Below are positions 46,925 through 55,300 of a stretch of 64,000 nt of DNA, in pieces. The notes beneath the pieces were generated by a model that had not been told where the DNA came from, did not search any database, and worked only from the letters and a program-made list of their open reading frames with translations. Within the stretch, counting starts at the first letter, position 1. Every line of letters begins with the position of its first letter. The position numbers and the translations under genes are program-made. Source of the DNA: a virus. The stretch lies in IMG/VR virus record IMGVR_UViG_3300034374_008984, positions 9,652 through 73,651 of that record; one strand, written 5' to 3'.

Positions 46925-47707
46925 ATGGCAGTTCCTGTAATGGCAATAGCAGGGTTGGCGATGGGTGGCATTCAAGCGGCCATATCCGCATCGAAGGCCA
47001 GCAAGCTACCTGAGAACAGACCTTATACCGTGTCCCCTGAACTCAAGGCCGCCTACACAATGGCCCGAAGAAGGGCTGATGAGGGCTATACCCCAGAGGA
47101 GCGGGCCAATTTCGAGCAGATGTTGGCAAGGCAGGGGACAGCGGCCAAGCAGATGTTCCGCAATATGGGACTTGCGGGAGCAGGTTCCGCAGCGGCAAAT
47201 ATCATGGGCATTGATGCCCTGAATCAGTTTGCGGCAACAGGCGCGGGTATTCGGAGGCAGAATGCAGGAGATTTCTACGGACTTGCGGGACAGATGCAGA
47301 ACGTGCAAGACCAAGAGACCAACAGGTTTAATCAGCAGGTCAACATGGAAGCGCAGGCTCTCGGTCAGGCCATCCAAGAAGGAGGAATCAAAAACATTAT
47401 GGGCGCGGTCGGGAATTTCCAACAGTTTCAAGGCCAGCAACAAGCCATCGACATGTACAAGAACATGGGTGTTGGAGGCAATTCAGGAGCGGGGCTTTTA
47501 TCAGGGCTTTCAGGGATACTCGGTCAAATGAACCAAGCTGGAGGAAATTCATCTCTTGCAGCTGCGCCTCAGACACAAGCAACGGCACAGGCACCTGCAT
47601 GGAATTTCGGGCAAGGCTTGATGAATCAGCCTCCGCAGCAGGACATGTACGGATTCAATCCCGGCTTCGCCCCAAGCACTTTTTCAAACCTGTTCGGAAC
47701 TCTGTAA
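46925..47707 (+). CDS. putative ejection (internal virion) protein
   Basis: Gly/Ala/Gln-rich with an amphipathic N-terminus; follows the nozzle gene. Confidence 0.6.
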   Translation: MAVPVMAIAGLAMGGIQAAISASKASKLPENRPYTVSPELKAAYTMARRRADEGYTPEERANFEQMLARQGTAAKQMFRNMGLAGAGSAAANIMGIDALNQFAATGAGIRRQNAGDFYGLAGQMQNVQDQETNRFNQQVNMEAQALGQAIQEGGIKNIMGAVGNFQQFQGQQQAIDMYKNMGVGGNSGAGLLSGLSGILGQMNQAGGNSSLAAAPQTQATAQAPAWNFGQGLMNQPPQQDMYGFNPGFAPSTFSNLFGTL

Positions 47708-47710
47708 GCA

Positions 47711-49312
47711 ATGGCAAACAACCTCAGCACAGGTATCGGGCTGTCAGGACAGTTCGACTATTCCCAAACAGGGCTTGAACCCGTATTACAGGCGGAGCGG
47801 GACCTTGCGGGGAGACGTGCGCAGGAGCAGCAGCAGAAGAACAAGGAGAGGAAGGCTTTGCTGGACGAGATCAAGAAGGTGACCCTTATGGATCACGGCT
47901 TGAAAATCCCCCTGTATCAGCGTCAATGGGAGTCCACGATGGCAGATGCCATGACAGAGATTGTTGACAAGGCCGCAAAAGGAGAGGATGACGCTTACGC
48001 GGCAGCGTGGAACCTTCAAAGGAGAATGAAGAACTACACGCAGGACCTCAAAGCGGCTGACGAGGAGCTGTACAATGTCTATGAGGCTGTGAGGAAAAAC
48101 CCTGAGAAGTATGCGTGGAACGACCCGCAGGAAATCATGGAGAAGACCTACAACAACTTCTTTGAAGTACTGAAAGACCCGTTGATGGCAGATGTCAACA
48201 ACATGAGGGAGGCCATGAAGTACTACGGAGGCACGGAGTATCTTCTTCAAGAGAACGACCCCGAGTCTATTTCGAGAGGAGCTCCCCCATTCACCGTTCA
48301 CTACAATCCTCAAGAGATGGTGAACCCACTTGACTACGCCATGGAATTGGCAAAGGAGAAAGCTCAATACGACCAACTTGAAATGGGTAAGCCGTTCATG
48401 GTCGGAGGCAAGATGAGAGCAGAGGAGGTTTACAGGATGAGTCCTGAGACAATCGGACTGCTCACTGATGAGGCGTTTCAGAACATGGGCGTTCTCAGAA
48501 ATTACGAGGAACGTCTGTTCAAGAACCGTCCCGACAAGAGCATGACAAGAGCGGAGTTCCAAAAAACTGATTGGATTGAGGATGCAAGATTGCTTCACGA
48601 GCAAAAAATCAAGCCTCAGTTGCAGAGAATGGCTACAGGGCAAGGCACGATTGACGTACCCCTACCAACCCCCAAAGAGGCCAAGCCGTCAGCCTTTGAA
48701 AGGTCATGGAGTGTTTCAGCACCAGCGCAATCTGAGTACGGCATCGCTGAAGGAGCGAGAATGGATGTAAACGAAGTGAACTTCTATCCAACGGCAGGTA
48801 GATCAAGGCAGCCCGTTAACATGCAATTCCCTGAAGGAACTCTTCAGCTTAACCAAGAAGGAGAACTCAAAAAAGTGGAGTTGTCTTCAAGCGAAGTTGT
48901 TCCCGCTGGAGTGACCTATGTAAGGAAACACACTCAGTTGTCACTCCCCGAGGGCAGGAAGCTAAAGACATTCTTCAAGTACAACGGTGACGGGATGACC
49001 TATTTCGTTCCGTTGCGACAAGGGTCTTTTGAAGAATTTGTCGGCAGGACGGAAGCGAAACCAGATGAGGTTTACAACAAAATCAAAACACTGCACGGGG
49101 GAGACAAACAAGTTATCGAACAGTTCGATGAGTTTTTTAAGGGGCTTGGGATGACGCAGCAGGGAGGAAATCAGAAGCCATCCAGCAACACGGCAACTTC
49201 AACCTCTTACACGAACAGGCAGAAGGTTAGAGACGCCAATGGCAACTTGTTTGAAATTGGAGTAAAGAATGGAAAGTGGTATAACATAGCCACAGGAAAA
49301 GAAGTCAACTGA
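47711..49312 (+). CDS. putative ejection/cargo protein
   Basis: 533 aa, between the small and giant cargo genes. Confidence 0.6.
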   Translation: MANNLSTGIGLSGQFDYSQTGLEPVLQAERDLAGRRAQEQQQKNKERKALLDEIKKVTLMDHGLKIPLYQRQWESTMADAMTEIVDKAAKGEDDAYAAAWNLQRRMKNYTQDLKAADEELYNVYEAVRKNPEKYAWNDPQEIMEKTYNNFFEVLKDPLMADVNNMREAMKYYGGTEYLLQENDPESISRGAPPFTVHYNPQEMVNPLDYAMELAKEKAQYDQLEMGKPFMVGGKMRAEEVYRMSPETIGLLTDEAFQNMGVLRNYEERLFKNRPDKSMTRAEFQKTDWIEDARLLHEQKIKPQLQRMATGQGTIDVPLPTPKEAKPSAFERSWSVSAPAQSEYGIAEGARMDVNEVNFYPTAGRSRQPVNMQFPEGTLQLNQEGELKKVELSSSEVVPAGVTYVRKHTQLSLPEGRKLKTFFKYNGDGMTYFVPLRQGSFEEFVGRTEAKPDEVYNKIKTLHGGDKQVIEQFDEFFKGLGMTQQGGNQKPSSNTATSTSYTNRQKVRDANGNLFEIGVKNGKWYNIATGKEVN

Positions 49313-52300
49313 TGCGGAACCAAGACCCAACCCTACCCCCACTTCCCAAAGGATTCACCGTAGTAGAATCGTCTGACGCGCCTCCATTGCCGTCAGGATT
49401 TACTCCCGTAGAAGAACCCATTGTCCCTGAAAAAAAAAGCCCTATCGGGTCATCTTCCCAAGATGGTTCGCAAGGCTTACAGGGTGCTCCATCGTCACCT
49501 TCGAGAGGTATTCAGCTTCCTGACCAGCCCTTCTCGGGATTGGGCGGGGTAATCGAACAGGACGACCCGATACTCCCAAAGGTATCCCTTGAGAGGCCAC
49601 CAGTCAATCCCCTTGCGGAATACGAGCGGATAGCGTCCAAGAGACACGAACTCCAAGCGAGTAAGGTATCCGCATTCGAGGGGCCGTTCATGGCTCTTGG
49701 AGTTGGATTGGCAGGAGGCCCCGCTGCGGACAAGTACAGGAGGGAGAAGATTGAAGAGGGAAAGAAGGCTGTTGCGGGGACTGACAGGGACTTCAATGCG
49801 GCAAGGTCATCCGCTATGTCCGCCATAGAGAATATCGTACAGGACAGGATAAGGGACAACGTAAAGGAGTTCACCACATCAGACCTGACAGGGGTCTCCG
49901 TGCCCGACCCCCGAAAAGTGAAGGAGTGGGCGCAGGCGGTCGCAAGAGAGAACGGACTGCCCGAGGACGGCTGGGCGTGGAAGGCACTCAATGACAAGGC
50001 CACAGACCATATCGCCTTCAAGATAGTCCAGCCGAGGGTTGATAAGGCTTTTGAGAGGATGTGGAAGGAAGAGAAGGGGAAGGAAGTGCCGAAGGACGTG
50101 CGCGAATACCTCGGAGTGAATCAGAAGGAAACCGAAATCGAGCGCGAACTCATATCGGGCCTTTCGCAGGAGAAGGCACAGGTGGAGGCACAGGTGGAGG
50201 AGCAGTTCGCTAAGGTCACAGGCGGAATGCCCGTGCAGGAGTACGTACAGATGAGGGACGCGGCCCATGAACAGAGAATCAGAGAACTTCAATCACGGTA
50301 CGCTCAGTTCATCACCCCGCAAGGAGAGTTCGCGGGAAGCCCCGAACAGTATGCTCAGTACCAATCCGAGTTCGAGACAACTCAGAAGCAGTACGAATCA
50401 GAGGTTTCAAGGACGGTGGGCGAACTTACCCAGATACAGGCCAACGCCAACAGGAGATTCAATCGCGTCCGCATCGAACGTATCGAACAGGCCGAGCGGA
50501 CCATGCAGGAGTTCATGTCCGAGAAAGAGAGGCTCGTTCCTGGGCTTCAAAAGGAAATCGAGGACACCTATCGGAAGGCATACGGAAAAGTACTCGGAGA
50601 GAACGACTCTTGGAGGGAAATCCTTTACAGGGACAACAAGGTGATGGCCCTCGGGACATCGTGGGCATCCGCAGTAGGCGGTTCTGTAAGCCGCATGGGA
50701 AGCCTGTTCGCATCCCCCGAGATGCAGTCCACGGGGAAGGCCATGGAGAACTTCTTCTATACGGGAAACCCGAACATGGAGAAGCTGAGTGACTGGCTCG
50801 ACCTTTTCAAATCGGCCCGGTCCACAGGCAACCTCATGGGCAGTATGACCACATCGATGGTACCCGCTGTCGCAGCAGGTGTCGCAACGGGGGGTCTGGG
50901 GGGCGTGGCCCTCGGAACGATGATGTCGTGGGCAGGAGAATCAGCGGATATAGCGGGGGGCATCGCAGAGCGGATATACAATGAGACGGGGGATCCCGCG
51001 AAGGTTCAGCAAGGGGTGTCACAGGCATTCTCTGCGCAAGGGCTGTTGCTCCCGACCTACTTCCTTGAGATGTCCAACATCTTCGGGAAGATATTCACTG
51101 GCGGGGGGCTTGGAAGAAGGATTGCTCTCGGGGCGGGTACGGAATACGTTATAGAGACGTTATTTCAGGAATTTCCACAACAACTCTTCGAGGAATCCAT
51201 TGTCGCGGGAAAAGGACTTGAAGGCGTTCTTGACAACTTCACACCAAGCAATTTTGAAAAGACAGCAGGGAAACTCAAGGATGTGGCATTGAACACTCCT
51301 TCCGTCATGCTCATGGGCGGTCTCGGTCAGGCAAGGGCGTATGTGGACGAGAAAGGATCACAGGAAAAGAGGGAGGAGCAGATAGCAAATAGGCTAAGTT
51401 CCATCAACTCAAGAATGCGGGCGGGGGACTTCACTGGCACGGACTTCCAACAGTCGGCACTCAAACTTGCCGTTGACTTCGGTGTGTACGAGGCTTCAAA
51501 GGTGGCCGTAGCCACGTACTTCAATGGGGGCATCACATACGAGACCTTCACAAGGATACAGCAGTCGTTGAATGACGCGAAGGAGATCACTGAAAAGGTG
51601 AATGCCATGGAAGGCATCACCGATGAGAACCGTCTGTTGTTCTCTATGATAAACATGGAGCACCGTGCCCTTGAAAGGAAGGCCGAAAACGAGAAAGACC
51701 CCATCTTCAAGGCAAGAGCACAGAAGGAGGCCAATGAGAGGAAGGCCATGCTCGATGAGATATTCGAGGGAGGGACACCCAACTATGCCACAGCGGAGTT
51801 CGAGGACGGCAACTTCACCGTTATGACCCCCACGGGAATCAAGAAGGCGATGTCCAATCCAGCGTTCATGCAGGAGGTCGTTGACGGGAAGATCAAGTTC
51901 AACGCCTTTGGGAAAGATTCTCAGCAGGTCGTTGAGGAGTTCGCCAAAACAATCAATGATTTCAAGCAGAACCAGCGGGGGAAAGTTGATGCGGACATAG
52001 CGAACAGGAAAAAGGAACAAGCACAACAAGAAGGGTACGAAGCGGAAAGGGAGGGGTACTTGATTAAGAGAGAAGAGGAGCTGGGCATCATCCCCGACAT
52101 AATGGAGCCTGCACCGAAGTTTGTGACTGCTGCAATTACGCGAGTAGAAGACGACAAGCCAACAAGCCTTAGTCAAATTGAAGCGGCATCTGATTGGCTG
52201 TATTCGGAATACAAGAGAATATCCTCATTAAGAGATAATCCGAAAGAGAACCCTCTGAGCCAAAAAAGAACGAACGAACTCCTCGATGCCATAGGAATGG

Positions 52301-55300
52301 ACATCGAAATGCTTGAGTCTGCCAAAGGTAAAATGGAAGCAGAGGACATCGCAGCATCTGATGCGCCAATCAATCAAGAACCGAAAACCGAAGAATCAAT
52401 ACAAGCCCAAGCAAGCAAGCCTTCCCCCGCACCGACCGTCAACACGACCCCGACAGAGGCCAGATACGCATCCGTCGATAGGAATGACGGCAAAGACCCC
52501 GTTGACCTGACCAAAGAGGAATACCTCGCAGAGATGGAGCGGAGAGGCACGCCTGTTGAGGAGACCGCTACGGAGGCGCCTCAAGCGGAGAAGAAAACCG
52601 AATCGCTTCAACAGGAAAAAACCTCCATCGAACAGAAGATGGAGGATGAGATTGCGAAAGCAAGGGATCCATTTTATTACGCCCCTCTACCGTTCCCCGA
52701 TGGATTGGCTCGGACGCCCAACAATGAAAAGCGTTGGAGGGAAGAGCAAGAGGCTCGCATAAAAGAGCAGATGAACGAGGCGGAAGCCGCTATCAGAGAG
52801 AATTACGCCACACAGCTTCAGGGTATAGACGAGAAGATTTCCCAAGCAAATAAGCCAACCCCCACAGAGCCCACAACACAGCCCGTAGAAGCACCTGTTT
52901 CCGAATCTGAGTCAAATAAGGAGGGTGTGTTCAGTGAAGGACTGACATACACTCCAAAGAGCAACGTAACAATAGATGCGTTTTCTGAATTTGACGATGA
53001 GGGAGTCCCGCAAGTCAGGATTGACAACATGGAAGTCCCTAAGAGGGACAGAATGAAAGGAAAGGGCAGGGCCGAGTTCTCTGAAGTGGAGGCGTGGGCA
53101 CGGGAAATCGGTGCGGAGCGGATTATCATAGAGTCAGAGAGAGACGCAATTCCTTTTTGGAAGGCCATCGGATTCGACATTGACAACCAAGGCGGAGAAG
53201 TCTCCACAGGAATTTACGAAATACAACCAAACCCAACCCAAGATGCCCTTCAAGAGCCAAGCGCAGAGACGCGCCCTGTACGCCAAGAACCCGAAACTCG
53301 CCAAAGAGTTCGAGAAGAAGACACCCAAGAACAAGAAGCTGCCAGAGAAGGTAAAGCCCAAGAAGAAGTAGGCGCGCCCGACATAGCGTCCATGTCGAGA
53401 GAATCCCTCCTTGACTACCTGTTCAGCCTGCGTGAGGATTACTCCCTTGTGGACGTAGAGAACGAGGCCGAGGTCAGTCGCATAGAGACCGAGATGGATG
53501 CTGTTGAGGCCGCGATAGAAAAACTTCCGGAGCCTACTGAACCAAAGCCCGTAGAAGAAACAGAACAAGAGTTTACCGAAGAAGAGATGGAAGCCGCATA
53601 CGCGGAACGGGAGAAAGAATTGGAGGAGTTCAAAGAAACTACCTTTTTTCAAGACATACAGGAAACCTTCCAGCCTATATCCATCGAGGAGTACGAGCGA
53701 TACATGGGTAAGAAGACCTACAGGGACAACAGAAGATACCTCAAAGGGCTTGTCACAGAGCAAGGCGGAACCCAGCCGATAGATACCCGCTCAAAGCCTA
53801 ATGCAGCAGAAGACGTAGAGTTCTTTGATCCTGAAGACATCATCGACTTCATAAATACCATTGCCGCTGAGAGGAACATCACAGGAGAGTCAAGATACAA
53901 GATTCCACCACAGAGAAACCGAAAGGAACGAATCGGTAAACCTTCTCCAAAGAAGAAGGTCAAGACGGGGGACTTCCTTCGGAACCTTGCAAAAGAGGTT
54001 GCCAAGGGCAAAATTGATAATCGCGGGATAGCTATGTCAGGAATCCCCGGATTTGTTCAGGCGTGGAACGCTGCAATAACCGCAGCAGAGAAGACTCTTG
54101 AGGCCACGGCCTACATGTCAGATATTGTGGATTTCCTTGTAGAGCACATAAGGAACAGTCCTCAGTTCATGAGAATGAGGCCAGCGCAGAGAAAGGCTTA
54201 CGACCTGAGAGGAACTGTCCTACGAGAAATGGGGATTACTGAGCAGCAGTACAATGATTCCCGAGTAGAGGCTGAAAAGGCAAAGGGAAAGGAGTCTGTA
54301 AAAAAAGCCCGTGCGGAGGAGAGGAAGAAAGCATCTGAGAAGATGAAAGCTCTTCGGGAATCACTTGAAGGAAAGTTCAAGAAGTACAGGCAGGAACTCA
54401 AGGACAAGACAAGGAAAGATTCCGACATCATAAAATCAGCTCAGGTTGATATGAGGAAGGATGTGCGCGATGCCGGAATCAGCTTCAATAATGTTCAGGC
54501 ATCAAAACTCGGAAGGCTCATATCAGAGGTCAATCCGAGCAATTATGAGGAAAAGACATCCGAACTCAAGGATTACATAGAGAAACTCGTTGCATCGCAT
54601 AACGCTAAGGAGGCAATAGAGGAGGCTCGAAGAATAGAGAAGGAACAGGCCAAGCAGAGAAAACGTGATGAGCAGGAGAGGCAGGAACTTGTCTCTGAAA
54701 TATCAGACGCACTCAACATAAAGAAATACGGGAGAAAAACCCAAAGGACCCGTAAACGCAAAAAGGTAACAATAACCAACCAGGCAATTGATTCACTAAG
54801 ATCTCTGTCAGAACTGTATGCAGAAAGCATCAGCAGGATGTCCATGGACGAACTCATTGCTCTTGATGCCATAATAGAGGACATCGTTCAGACGGGGAAA
54901 ATCGAGAGGAAGGCGTCAGAGGCCATGATGAAGGCAAGAAGACAGCGTATTGCAGGAGTAACACTCGAGATGGCTCAGAGAAAGGCTGGAATGACATTCC
55001 CGATAGAGGGTCGGCAAGCGGTGTTCAATCAGATCTCACCGGCAATGGGAACAGAGGGAGGCGGAAACCTTGTCCGATTAAAGGATGGGACATTCCTGTT
55101 TCCGGCAAAAGAAGGGAGAGACCTTTCAGACACACTTCCCGATGAGGCTTTTGAAGGGGCCACGCTGATAATAAGGCCAGTTCCAGATATGACTCAGAGA
55201 CAGTCGGACGGATTCCTGAACTCAATCAGAGACAGGGCAAACAGGATGATAGGATCCGTTAGGTCGAGAATGGATGTACCGAGGATGCTTCAAGCACTTG

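Noticed and set aside
53167-53190. FDID as an RNA polymerase catalytic motif
   Set aside because: It lacks the first Asp (GFDID) and is the C-terminal FW..GF motif of the GNAT domain.
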